Under the pieces are notes generated by a model. That model was not told where the DNA came from. It saw nothing but the letters and a program-made list of their open reading frames with translations, and did not search any database. The position numbers were made by a program, and so were the translations under genes. A stretch of 58,600 bases of DNA, the filler included, from Sphacelaria rigidula (Eukaryota): the NCBI GenBank assembly GCA_964200075.2. It is 9 parts of 9 records of this genome, joined end to end, with 100 filler letters (N's around TTAATTAATTAA, not from the genome) between each part and the next. Parts side by side here need not be neighbours in the genome. Positions count along the whole stretch, not along the records: positions 19,569 to 25,990 come from CAXNAA020020166.1; positions 26,091 to 32,512 come from CAXNAA020020167.1; positions 32,613 to 39,034 come from CAXNAA020020168.1; 6 more parts are not named here. One strand, given 5' to 3'. Positions 23,201-35,900 of the stretch are shown here, piece by piece. Numbering within the stretch: position 1 is the first letter of the stretch; each line of letters starts with the position of its first letter.

Positions 23201-25610
23201 CGCACACAAAGCAAAGGAGAATAACGAAGCACAATATACTGCACCGTGAGCACCATATTATACAGTATATACTGCACCGTGAGCAGACGCTGTTTGGGCT
23301 GTGGTTGAAATCAAGCAAAATATCAACCATGTTACACTGATAAGATACCATGCTCGCCAACACAATGAAACACTATACTTGTACGCGCGGGCATCGCCTT
23401 GTCATGTATTGCACTGTACACGTCTCCGAAAGGATTCAGTGATTCTTCCAGACATGAGCCGCCAATTACCGACTTCTCACCGTGAATCAAAACGGCATTT
23501 GTTTTTGTCTGCAGCACGACGCATGGGCTGGACACAAAGCTCCATGAACAACTATTTTTGAATGGTGTCATGGACCGTACGGTAAGATAGTTTGAACAAA
23601 TCGCCGGAATAAAAGTCTATTACTGTACGAGCTTGGCCAGCATAGACGCGGATTTAAGCTCTCGAAGCAATATCTCTTCGACAGGGACGAGTTGGACCAT
23701 GATCCGCATATCGCATTATTCGTTCAACCAAGAGGAAGGTGCCCATCTGCTCAAAAATTTGGGGCCATATTCTCTCGTCGATTACAGTATACCACATATT
23801 CTGGAACTGTCCATTTCGGCCTATTTGACCCTAAAAGTGGTATTGTGATAGCATCGCGATAGAAAAAAAGACAAATTTCTCTCCATCGCGATGCTATCGC
23901 GATAGCATCGTTTACGACCAGAGAAAATCACATTAAAATAAATTGTCTGGTCCTACACATTTCCTCGTGAAAAGATTTCATGTCGCCAGTGGTCGTTGCA
24001 AGAAACTGTGTGTCCTGTGGCAAATAGTATCGCGATAAAAAAATGTAATTTCTCTCTATCGCGATGTTATCGCGATGCTATCTCGATGCTATCCGAGCCA
24101 AATTTCCCTATCGCGACAGAGAATTTTTTTTTTTTTCTATCGCGATACTATCTCGATATCATCGCGATAAAGAACTTCAGCCTAAAGGGACCGTTCCAGG
24201 ATATGTAGGGGTCCCGTCGATTAAACCGCATGTCTAGTAATTCCGATACGTAACGGAGATAGCATCCATACTAAAATCTCTATTATGAAACCCCCGATCG
24301 ATGCATTAAGCGGATGACGACAAATTTTGCTGTGGACATTCACTGGAGCACGGGGAGACGTTAGACATCCTCACCTTCACCTAATTCGTAATATATCTCG
24401 AGATATGGCGCACACATAAGTTTTCATACTAAAATCAGTGTATTACGAGATGATGCACTAGATGAACTAAACCTGGATACTATTTCTCAGTTTTTGAGAG
24501 TTATGCTATGAAATTTCGTGTGGAGAACCGCTAGTGCATAATGAAGATTGAAATTTAGCTTTTTCATTTTTTTCGGGTTTTTTTTCGGGTTTTTGGGCCA
24601 AATTTGTGGAGAAATGACCACTGCTTTTGGACCTTACCCCAATTTTTCAGCTCAATTTTAGAACTGCGATTTGAAACTCAGGATAAAGAACCACAGAGGT
24701 ATGCTGAACATAAAAAAATGGGCCCTCACTTTTTTCTTTCTCGAGAGATTCGGGCGTTCTCGTAAAAAAAATGGTATTTTCCATACTAAAATGCCCTAAA
24801 CCAGCAAAGAAAACAAAATCAACCTGACCCCCTTTGTTTCGTCAATTATGCCCTAGCCAAAGGTTATGACATATCATATACATAGGTAGTGATTTTTTTT
24901 GTTTCGATGGTGTCCCGTACTAAAGTATATATGAAAAAAATCCCAACTGCACCGTCCGTGTGTCACGAATGATGACGAATATCCCAGCGAGTGCACTACC
25001 TATGTATATATGCCATAACCTTTGGCGCTAGTCATGGCCCACACAAAGTTTCAAAACACAAACACGAAACGTGGGCCGGTAGGTGGCCTGACAAGTACTG
25101 TTCCGATTTTGTCTGACCTTGTCACTGAACGGCCCATGGTACGGCCAATATTAAGAGTTGGACCCTGAAATTTGGTGTGAACAATGAATAAGGAATAATG
25201 AAAACAAGTACCAGTGCACACAAGATTTTTATTTTTTTCCATGAGTTGAGGGCAATAAACAGTTTTCAGGTATCGGTATATTGCCCTTAATATACTCATG
25301 AGAAAAAAAACCTTGTGTGCACTGCTACCTGTTTTTATTTTGCCCTATTCAGTTTCCATACGAAATTTCAGGGTCCAGCTCTATACATTTGGCCGTACAA
25401 TGGGTCTGCAAACTACAACTTTGCTTTTCGGCTGACCCAGCTCGTATGCTCGCGGGTTCTATGAGTATGAATGAAGGTGCGGACATTTACTGTTTCGGCA
25501 AAAGTTCGCAGCAGCACTGCCATTACCTTCAGGATAGTCGCGAAAGCACCGTTCTGGGTAGCGTGTCCCGCAGGGTAGCTCGGATGAGCCGGAGACCCTC
25601 TATTCGATGC
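20268..25610 (-). CDS. vBPO: Vanadium-dependent haloperoxidase (bromoperoxidase-like), last five exons: 25610-25527, 23197-23069, 22587-22526, 21683-21599, 20411-20268
   Basis: GT-AG, phase-consistent splicing gives 167 aa: ASNRGSPAHPSYPAGHATQNGAFATILK/AMCGERRSHCMPDLIVADVEGERMLPYNATADETCIDPATGLQ/IQGLTFEGEINKMATNVALGR/SMMGVHYRFDSTEGMLLGETVAVRILHV/DVMKFPEGNSWTFTLFLGNIITLHPDGSFEIDGETCTGPVYTGVADC*. It has the vanadate motifs HPxYPxGH and RxxxxxHY, and a brown-algal vBPO-type C-terminus (YTGVADC). The 5' exons are off-contig. Confidence 0.96.
23794..24206. mobile_element. MITE in a haloperoxidase intron, rich in ATCGCGAT palindromes
   Basis: TIR ACATAT(T/C)CTGGAAC(T/G)GTCC(A/C)TTT(C/A)GG at both ends. 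TA is intact only on the right. Confidence 0.7.
24560..25420. repeat. Dispersed repeat family B, probably a non-autonomous DNA transposon; second copy at ~39990-40650
   Basis: Colinear similarity between contigs 4 and 7, including an internal inverted repeat GGACCCTGAAATTTGG...AAATTTCAGGG(T/G)CC. Confidence 0.75.
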
Positions 25611-26419
25611 CTGGTATTTCAACAGACGGGATGGTGAGGAGCAGCGGTAAGAGAGGGAATGCACAAACGTTATCAGAGGTATACCCACTTCTTCAAGGTT
25701 CGATCATAGAGAAACCCTACAACAACTGCATGAGCTCATAGTACGGGACATATGGGTGCGTATGATGCCGCCAGGCCAGATATGAGCATGACCTGGAAGC
25801 TGCCAAGAATAACAACCTGTCCTGGACGAAGCCACAACGGAATGGTACGTGGTGCAGAAGTACGTCGAAGAGCAATGCTACGGTAGGGGTGCACTTTTTC
25901 CGCAAACTTTTGTCTGGTGCAGGGGCTCCTAACGACTCTAGACGCACAAGAACATGGGTCAGGGCATCCCCGTTTGCAGATTCATTCGGGNNNNNNNNNN
26001 NNNNNNNNNNNNNNNNNNNNNNNNNNNNNNNNNNTTAATTAATTAANNNNNNNNNNNNNNNNNNNNNNNNNNNNNNNNNNNNNNNNNNNNTCAGGCGCTG
26101 TATGGCCAATTTTTTGGTGACATTTTTTGGCTGTTTTTGTTTCGGGGGGGGGGGGGCTATCGTAGAAAGTGTCTGATATAGACTTGAAGCCAAGGCACAG
26201 CCACGTGCACATCCCCGACAACAACGTTTAATTCTTACGAGATATATTCACTACATTCTAGGACTAATTCAACTCAAGAACACACGATATAACATCGTAC
26301 GGTACAACATTCCAATCACACATCGTGCAAGGGAGTGTCGGGACCATGTCAGTCCCCTTGATCACCCGTTTGTGCTGCTCATGGATGGACTGCCCTAAAC
26401 AGCTGCGTTTCCAACTCAC

Positions 26420-29400
26420 CCGGGAACGTCTTTCCAGGTGGCGATGTTGACAATTGCCCCCACACCCGCGCCTTGTGTCGTCATCGCGCACTCCATCGCC
26501 CCTTGTACAGCGCCGTTCGGGGGCAACGTGGCATTCACTGCCCCCCACCCGAGCGGTGCCGCCCCCTTTTCGCCCTGGCTGCCACTTCCTTCACTTTCCT
26601 CCTCACTCTCGATATCATCTTCACCTTCTGTATCATCCTCGCTCTCCTCATCATCTTCAATTTCCTCTTCTATTTGGCTCTTCGAAGAAGCCTCACCCCG
26701 ACTGCTCTCTTCCTCGCCACTCCACATGTCATCTTGTCCATCGCCTTCCTCTTCGATCTCCTCGCCATCTTCAATTTTGCCTTCAGTTTCACCCTCCAAA
26801 TCAGCTTCACCCGGACCGCCCTCTTCCTCCCCACTCTTCACGTCATCCTCTCCACCGCCTTCCCGTTCGCCCTCCTCACTATCGTCAATGCCCCCTTCTG
26901 CTTCACCTTGATCCCTCTCCTCCTCCCCACCGCCTTTATCATCTTCTCCATCTTGTTCTTCTTCACCCTCCTCATCATCTTCAGGTTCACCTTCTGCTTC
27001 ACCGTCTAAAACAGATTCACCTTCGCTGCTCTCTTCCTCCTCACCCTTGCCGTCATCTTCTCCATCTTCTACTTCAATCTTCAAAGCACCTTCGACTTCA
27101 ACTTCCAAATCAGGTTCATTCTGGCTGCCCTCTTCCTCCCCACGATTCCCGTCACCTTCTCCATCTCTTTCCTCTTCGCTTTTCTCGCTGTTTTCAACTT
27201 CACTTTCTACTTCATCCTCCGAATCAGCTTCACTCTCGTCGTCATCTTCGTCATCTCTTTCTTTTCCTTTCCATACGTCTTGAATTTCTCCTTCCACGTC
27301 ACCCTCTAAATCAGGCTCACCCTCGCTGCTCCCCTCCTCTCCATCCTCTCCACTCTCCCCGTCATCTTCTTTTTCCTCTTCTCCTTCGCCATCTTCAATT
27401 TCTGCTTCTACCGCACCCTCTACATCAAGTTCGCCCTCGCTACTCTCCTCCTCTCTGTCGTCTCCACTCTCCCGGCCATCTTCTCCTTCTTTTCCCTCTC
27501 CGCCTCCTTCGCTATCTTTAATTTCTCCCTCTACTTCACCCTCGCTGCTCTCCTCCTCTCCGTCCTCTCCATCCTCCCCGTCATCTTCTTCATCCTTTTC
27601 TTCCTCGCCTTCTTCACCACGTTGAACTTCTTCTAATTTAGCCTCCGAATCAGCTTTACTTTCGCTGCTCTCTACGCTCCCATCGTCTATGTCGTCTTCT
27701 TCGTCGCTTTCTCCTTCACCCTCCCTACCACCTTCGACTTCACCTTCAACGTTACTCTCCAAATCAGCTCCACCATCGCTGCTCTGCTCCCTCGCACCCT
27801 CCCTATCATCCTCCATTTCAGTACGCGTTTCACCCTCGGTATCGCTCTCACCATAACTTTCCTCACCACCCTCGCTGTTCTCTTCATCCCCCTTACTATA
27901 GTCACCCTTCATGTCCACCTCACTCCCACTTTCCTCTTCCCGCCCGCCCTCCAGATCATCATCCCCTTCCCTGTCATCCTCTCCCTCACTTTCCCCGTTC
28001 GTCTTGCTGTTAAGGTCATCCTCACCGTCATCCCCCGTGGACGTTTGCTTCTCCTTGCCTGTATCCCCCCACTCCCAGCCGGCCTCGATTCCCTTGGCAA
28101 TGACCCCCTTCACCGGCAGCCTCGCTTCAACACCACCAGTACCCTCATTCAAGTCCGCCTGGCTACTCGCAGCAGCCATTCCGCCCACGCCTTCTTCGTG
28201 GTCACGCCCGCCCGCATTATTGTCATTTTCCGTTTGCGGACGCACCTCGTCCGGCGTCGCGTCTTTCTTTTCCAACTGCTCCACGTCCATCCCACCAAGT
28301 GTCTCTGTTTCCTTTTCTTCATCGTCCCAGCTTTCTTGAATCCCGCCCTCTCCAGAGTCAACGACCCCAATTTTTTCGTCCACACCAGCGTCTTCTTTCG
28401 ATTCGTCTCGTCCCCAGATGGTGCGCTCTTCATGTATGGGTTTCCCGTCCGCATCGGAACTGTCACCATCTGCCGCCACTTGCAATGCTGCCTGGTGTGG
28501 TCCTTCTCGGTCAACTCGTGTGACGTCCTCCCTCACCTCCGCCCTCTCATCTGCGTGTTTTGCCGTCCGTAGCTGCACGGTTTTCGAGGCATGGTCCTCT
28601 GCCGTTCGGGTGGTAACTCTACCGGACGCGAGCGAGTGACAGGGCAATAGGCTTCAAGATCGCCCAAGAATATATCACGCGTAGAAACTCGAGAACACAC
28701 CATCGGACTCCGAAGAGCTAAATTTCATACTTCCTCTGTCTCATAAGTCTGTGCCGAATTGATTTTACGGCCTCTTAACCGTGTCAGATGTCTTCGGCGC
28801 TATTTTTTTTAAAATCTTGAGCGTTTTTTGGGTTGAAATCTATCTTCTTTTTTTTCAGCTTGTGCTTAAACCATGCGGCTGAAGGGCCGGAAAACATCGA
28901 GTCGGCCCCAAAACGGCCATATTTTGTCCCTTTCCAGGGGGGCGGTGGGTGGGGCACTTAGCCTAAACCTCCCCAAAAAACACAAGAATTATCCCAACCC
29001 TTAAGCCAACCCTCCCTAAACTCAACCATCCATAACGTGTACCCTGTACTAAAACCAGTATAATAGTAATCCCCACACTAAAACCAGGACACTAGCGGAG
29101 CAAAAACAACAGTAGGGCCCGAACCCAACCCCCCTCTACTTAACGATCCATGTCGGGTCCCCCTATACTCAAACCAGTATAATAGTGCCCCCACACTGAA
29201 ACTAAGACACTTGGGTTCTCACATTAAAACCAAGACACTTGCGGGGCAAAAAAAGTGTCTGTTGGTGTCGGGGAATAGCCAGCACAACCTCCACTACAAT
29301 TGCCATGCGGCGGCCCACTGAAAGCTCACCGCCCTTGGGGCGAGGTGGGGGGGTACTTGGGGGCGTAAACATCGTTTGTAGTGTGTGTGGGATAAGTTTG

Positions 29401-31516
29401 GGGTAGTAATCAGGAACTATCTCAAGAATTCTTACAAAAAATCTCAAGAACAATGTAAAAAAAGGGCCAAAATGGGCATATTTCGACCTAATTTTAGTGT
29501 GTAACACGGTCTTCGATTTGTTTTTAGTCGGCTTTGTATGTGTTTTGCCTTTCTAACGCACCGAACCAAGGGTTAAACGTCAACGTGTAAGTACCCAAAC
29601 GAATTCACGCGCAATTCGGCACAGACTTATGAGGCAGAGGAAGAATATAGATACACACATACATATCCACGTACCTACGATATAGATATACGTATACACA
29701 ATGTACTTGAAGTATATATTATAAGTAAATATAAAATATTCTCGATCGACCGATCTTGACTCTCGCAGCTGGAATCTCGTCGCATACCTTGCAGTTTTTG
29801 TTAGTGAAACAACACTGCGTTGTTGCGTCAGCACCTGAAAAAGAGAGCAACATACTTGCTGAGTAACTCGCAATACCGTCCCTACGACTTCACGGAAAAC
29901 GTACTTACTACTCCTGGTAGGAAATTCTAATGGCACCCAGGTGGGGGGAAGTAAGGATCCACTCAACACGTTCCAGTCGTATACAGCTGAACCCTTACAC
30001 GGCGATACGGGCAGTCAATCTGGATCATGCGTACTTTTTTCAATTGAAATTGATGCCGATTCAGCAGATGACCTCCTCTCGCTGTCCAAGGGTTAACAGT
30101 CCACAGTACGGCAGTAGTGCCGTGCAGGACTCGAGTGCTTCGTGGGATAAGGAACACAGACAGTGATCACTACGAAACCAGTACAGCACACAGAGAGTCT
30201 CAGACAGTACAGACGGCGTACGTGCCCTATTGAAGTATGAATACGGTACAGGTGCAGGTGAATTCATTTCCAACACAGTATGCCGCATGTTCATGTGTAG
30301 TTCACTACAACAATGGCTGCTTCGTTGTGTACACTATCGTCACTACTGCAGTCCAAGTACAGGCGGGAATATTCAAAAGCACGCAGCACCGACGGCGATA
30401 TGCAGCTCCGTGCGGTAGCGTAGCCACGGTCGCATGCGGTGTCGTGCTTGCCCTCTGCATACCCTGCCCGCCGAGCATCAGCTCGGTGAGTGCGGTTGTG
30501 TTCATCTGTACGGTGCTCCTACCGTGAGCAGAATGCGTTTTTGTTTAAATCGGCGCCTGGGGCACCGATTTGAGGTCTGGCAACGCACACTTCGCCTGGG
30601 GAACACTTTGCACACCCCTTGCCCGAGGGTTCTCGGTATGTTTTCGTTGGGGTTAGGGTTAGGGTATGGGCGCTTCGCTGCTGCAAGGTCGCGGCGATTC
30701 TTGCTTGCTTCCGTGCGACCCGTTTGTGCCGCCTGTTGGAGTGTGCGGCCATTGCGTTCAGCATACCGATCGTACTTGTGCTCTTTCCAACGCATCAGCT
30801 CCCTATATGGCTTCTATTTCTCGTTCCATTTGCTCATAGTTGCCGCTAAGTGAGATTAGATACCAACGTATGCTATCGATGGCGCGGTGCTTGCACTCGG
30901 TGCAGGAGAACCAGCGCTACTCTCACCACCGACACAAACGATGCACAGGCAGCTTGGCGGTCGATCGAAGGTTAAAATTCTGCACTTGTCAAACATTCCA
31001 CACATCCGATGTGTCAACCATCTGCGTTGCGTCGCCACTGTCGTTTGTACCAGTATCGAGCGAAATTTCTAGTACAAGGTGCATGAAAGATATCGGGTGG
31101 ATCCTTATTTCCCCCCACCTGGGTGCCATTAGAATTTTCGGCTACTCTCCCTACCTCACAATCTAGTCGTCTTCTCCGAGTGTCTATGAAGCAGTTGATT
31201 CATGTACATATTTCCGGCAGAGTCTTCAGTAGCAGAACGCTTAATAGGCATTGCTGGCATTGTGGCCCTAGCTCTTTCCCTCACAAATCATTGTGGTTCG
31301 TTTCATGTGGCGCACAAGCGTAAGAAACGTCTACACCACGCACATGTACAGAAATGTTGTGATCAGAGTCGGCATACCAGAATTGTCGTCCGCAACTCAC
31401 ATTAGATCGGCGAAGTAAAAAACCCGACTGTAGAGCACCGTGGCCATGCCCATCCCCAGCAGCAGTAATGGGACATGCCTTCGTGAGCGCCCGTCGTCGA
31501 GGCCTCTCCTCCTCAT
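26420..31516 (-). CDS. 5' part of a probable type II membrane or secretory protein with a giant acidic repeat stalk; exons 31516-31401, 30518-30390, 28618-26420
   Basis: MRRRGLDDGRSRRHVPLLLLGMGMATVLYSRVFYFADLM/STVQMNTT...AYRRR/VTTRTAEDH... with phase-2 junctions throughout. The 2.2-kb stop-free exon encodes E/D/G/S repeats and ends in non-repetitive sequence at a GTGAGT donor (26419-26414). The long exon is secure; the exon-2 donor (GTGCTG) is weak. Confidence 0.75.
28730..29643. mobile_element. Stowaway/mariner-type non-autonomous element (intronic)
   Basis: 31-bp TIR CTTCCTCTG(T/C)CTCATAAGTCTGTGCCGAATT, with TA on the left and AA on the right. Internal repeats of AAACCAGTATAATAGT. Confidence 0.8.
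30526..30835. mobile_element. Short element with GAGCA...TGCTC ends and internal (TTAGGG)n; similar architecture at 33962-34397
   Basis: Ends GAGCAGAATG and CATTTGCTC; GGTTAGGGTTAGGG at 30651-30664. The contig-6 element has GAGCTCAT/ATGAGCT ends and head-to-head TTAGGG/CCCTAA arrays at 34305-34351. No clear TSD. Confidence 0.45.
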
Positions 31517-32928
31517 GCGCGCCGAGTGCTGGTCCGTGGTATCATGCATTGAAAAATCACGCGAGAATTGTGATTGAGCGGACACCCGATGGTGAGGAGG
31601 CTCTGGGTCGAATGGCGTGAGCCATGCCATACGACAGGGGTGCATCTATCTGGCCCAAACGCTTCTCATTTCGGGGGTCTCAAGTTTAGCCGCCAGGAGT
31701 ATTGGCCAGGGCGAGCCAGCTAAAGACAAGAGTCGAAATACCGTACCCTAGATCAATGGATGACCAATCGTGCGGCGTTCTCACATTCAAAACAAATCGT
31801 TATAGGGAAAAAATACAGGGCTACAAATGATACGAATGTGATTAATCGTTTTTGGGCACCCCTATCTTGGCATCACGCTTGCTGTCGCTGTCGCTGTCGT
31901 TGGTGTTGGTGCTGCTGCGTCTCTCGCCGACTTTACCTGCTGTGGCTGGGTCGAAGATGAGCGAGCGAGAGTCTCCGTCACCGAGGGCCTCATCTCTCCA
32001 GTATGATCAGCTGTTCCAATCCACGACGAGCAAGGTATGCATGCGCGCCGGGGGCAGATCGGTGGTACGCCGTCAAGGTCTTCCCAGTAGCGAGTATTGA
32101 AGCACTCGATGCTTATGAGGCGTCTGCTCGATGAAAAGATTAAGGCCTCTGTGTGGCACGAAATGAAGAGCACATTATTCCAGCAACCAATACATGGCCC
32201 AGGGCTTGCCTCCAAAGCTCTTGTGAGTTGCCTCAAGACTACTTGTAACGTTACGTGACAGGTCTGAAGTAACCGTAAAGTGCTGCTTGCCGCAGAGACG
32301 TGCTAAATACCGACGGAATGTTTTTGGCCGGTGATCTCCCGGTGGTCGCCTTTTATGTTTCTCCTTGAACAGGGTATCGCAATAACTGGGGACGAATTCT
32401 TCTTATGGGGGAGGGAGGGGGGGGGGGGGGGGGGGGGGTTCCTATGGCTCAGAAATCCAAAAAAAAAAAAACAATGGCCCCCGTCTCCCCAAAAACCCTG
32501 GACCCTACACCCNNNNNNNNNNNNNNNNNNNNNNNNNNNNNNNNNNNNNNNNNNNNTTAATTAATTAANNNNNNNNNNNNNNNNNNNNNNNNNNNNNNNN
32601 NNNNNNNNNNNNGGTCAATGGTCTGATGACTATGGCAAGCATGATCATGAGTACACCCCCCTCCTCGGGACGAGTCCGTGGTCTCAAGAGATGTACCCAT
32701 TTCTGCTCCGGTGCACGCACACACACGACACAATGTCGAATATAGTGTGCTCGGGTAGCATACAAAATGCACGGAAGTCCCCAACTGTAGTGCAACAGCC
32801 CCGAGGCTCGCCCTTGCCCAGTGACCGAGGGCCGGCATCGTTTGGCGCAACTCAAAACGTATTTCTCAGGAGCGGAGACAATTTGCGTGTGCTACTAGGA
32901 CTGTACGTTGCCATCTTTTCACCAATGA

Positions 32929-32985
32929 CTGCAATGCACTGCACTGCACTGCACTGCACTGCATTGCACTGCACTGCACTGCACT
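32929..32985. repeat. (TGCAC)n microsatellite; others are (GTACC)n ~13296-13317, (CATA)n ~37945-38025 and (GCGCAATG)n ~48038-48091
   Basis: Directly visible tandem units. Confidence 0.9.
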
Positions 32986-35900
32986 GTGTAAGCGCTCGCA
33001 AAACTACGAAAATACTGGAAGTCAAAATAGACAACAAAAGGAAACAAAAGCTGCTGGATCCCAGGTGCAGATAACACTATTGAGCTGTTGGTGCAACAAG
33101 CTGTAAGCCAACCTCTGGAGTGGTCGTTGAGAGCACCGGAAAATTCTCCTGACAGAAGTAACGGCAACACCAACGGGCAGTTCAGCGGAGTAGTGCAGCG
33201 GTAGTTACCTGCAACGGCGAAATAGGGTGCTTTCTGGATTGCTAGATGGTAGATTGTGCTTGCTGGTAAACAGGATCGGGCTGTTGTGCTGGCGTTGTAA
33301 GAACCTGTCGTGCAGCAGCATTTGCGTTATGTCTCACGCGTTGCATCGCCTTTTCGTTGCACTAAACACTTCTCGACGCAGCGATGGATCGAGGAAATCA
33401 ACTCCTCGGCAGCACCCCCCTGGACAGGTGGCAGGAAGGCTCATTTAAACACCCTGGATGATGGATTGCATTGTCGATAAATGTACCGCGTACGGTATGA
33501 AATATATTGTCTATTGCAACAGAGACAATAGTCGATACTGTACGCAGTACATACACCTTTTGACATTGGAATCTACTGTCCAGGGTGTGCTCATTTGCCG
33601 CATGTGCCGGGTTATTTTCTCGGAGGAGTCTTTCGTCAGCATCCAGCTCAACCAAAATGGGTATGTAATGACCAGTTTGTGCTTCTCCCGTGTTCGTGTC
33701 ATTCCTACTTTCAGCCCTCTGTATGGAATACACCGGAGTGCGGAGGTGGGGTTGAATCATCAGCTCTTTTCTATCACGTACCGTATACTCGCATGGCCGT
33801 ACATACGTTGACTCATACTCATTGCTTCGCAGTCAAGGGATTAGAATAAAACAGCAAATACATGCTACGTTCAGTAAAATCTCCACTCGAAACGAAACAC
33901 ACGTTACTCGACCCTCTGTGCGCTTTAGGCAAAAGGTATTGGCATCAGCATACGAGCAACAGAGCTCATCTTGCGCTGGAAGCGCTAATGGCTCGGGACA
34001 TCGGACTCTCTAATATATTTTCCTCCTCGTGAACGCATATGCCGAGATATGGGCGGGCCCCAACCCCAACCCAAACCATAACACCAACCGCTTTCAACGG
34101 TACGCAGACCGCCGACTCTCGGGCAATGGGGAAAGCATACGATTCTCTAGGCAAGATGGGTGTTTGGGAATCGGCGCCGATGTGGGACATGTGAGGTGTA
34201 CGAACTAGGCGCGCGGTGTTGTGGTGTATAAACATCGGTTTGTGTCTGCCCCGAGCTGTGCACGCTTGACTTTAGTGATCAGCGGTCGTGTATTTCCCCT
34301 CACGGTTAGGTTAGGGTTAGCACAGCCTGTCCTAACCCTAACCCTAACCCTGAGTCTTCTCATGTCTCTTGCTCTTGTTCAAAGTTTCCATGAGCTTCGC
34401 ACACAAACGACTAGCGACCAGCCTTCAAGCAAGCACAATATTCTGGAAAAATTATCGTTCCTCAGAACGTTTTGAACACTTCGGCTGAAATGTGTCGCAA
34501 TATGGGGTCCCACGTATGATACATGGCACTACTTGTTTTTTCATTCGATTTATGAGTACGAAGGCTGCTGCGGCTGCGATACAAGAAACGGAAGCAGCCA
34601 AAGGGCCCTGAGTGTCTGCGCAAACAGATGCAACGTATTTCAGGCTCTGCAGCAGAACATCCCTGTACATCACCTGTCGGCAGTGCGAAAGACCCAGGCC
34701 AGTAAGAAAACAAATCCAGATGAGAACACCGAAAACATGGGGTTGGTCGGGTTAAATGAAAATGGGATAGCAGAGAAATATACTGGCATCAGCTGGAGGC
34801 GACGGGAAATACGGCATGCGGTTCGGGCAGTGTCGGATGGCAAGGAAAAAACATATAGATCGCCACAACATCAGCTATTGAGAAATGCAAAAACCATGAC
34901 AACAGCGCAAAACACGCGAGAGATCAAAATTTGCCCAACCGGTCAAGACTGGATTCTGGGTAGACTATACCATGACATAACGACATATGTGCGTGCACAT
35001 GGGTGTTGAACGTCCAAGCTGGTGAGTATTTGCGACACGCTAAACATGGGCTTCACGGCCAGCAGTATCACCAGTATCAACCAAGAACAAAAATATTAAC
35101 GCCTGGTCTGCGCTCCTCATGAATTTTGCGCTTTCTTACATACCTAATGATCTCGATTGTTGTGTGGGGTATATTTCGGAGGATTTCTGGAGCATGGGTC
35201 AAAGGGCCTGACTCACAGACAGCATGAGACTGGCGTGGAGATGAAATTATACCGCGACATAAAATGTCGGCGTGATGGATCAACAAAGATGTACTTCCTC
35301 CTCTGTTTTTATGTTTTTGCTCTGAACGCTTAGAGTTACGGAGGTAATCCAGTACAGTTGCACTACCGTAGAGATCGTTTCACACCGTAATCTAGTGGAA
35401 GGAATAATACAAGGCGGTGACCCCCTGCTGAATTTCGGGACAAGGAGTCAAAAACATGTAAGACTCAGAAACGAACAGAACCTGGAACAAGCTCTCAAGA
35501 AAAAGAGAGGCGGCGAGGCGGGGGTGGGTCTCATCACTCTCACCATGACTTTCCCGCCCTTCGCGCTGCTGATGTAATCCAACACAGTGGCCGTTGCAGC
35601 CCCGTCAGGTTCCTCCACCACCGCAACGTCCTCTTCCTGCGGTTGTCGTGGTGCAGGCTCATTGACTCCATCTTCCGATGGCTTGGACATGGGCTCCTCT
35701 CCAAGCATAAATGGCAGAGACCCAGCGCTTGGAGCGTTCGGTATCCCATTTTCATCACCACTGGACCGCCGTTCACCGTTACGGAGCAAGGGAGGGGGGG
35801 GGTGTCAATCGAGCCCGGGAAAGATACGAGCCACCCTGATGCTCTGCAGAGTACACCCAAGGCTTCCCCATGGACCAGAAAACTTCAACCTCTTCACTTT

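Noticed and set aside
32613..32661. Hammerhead ribozyme suggested by CTGATGA in the retroelement tail
   Set aside because: There is no downstream GAAA core, and CTGATGA is not conserved in sister copies (CAAACGA, CTGATGG).
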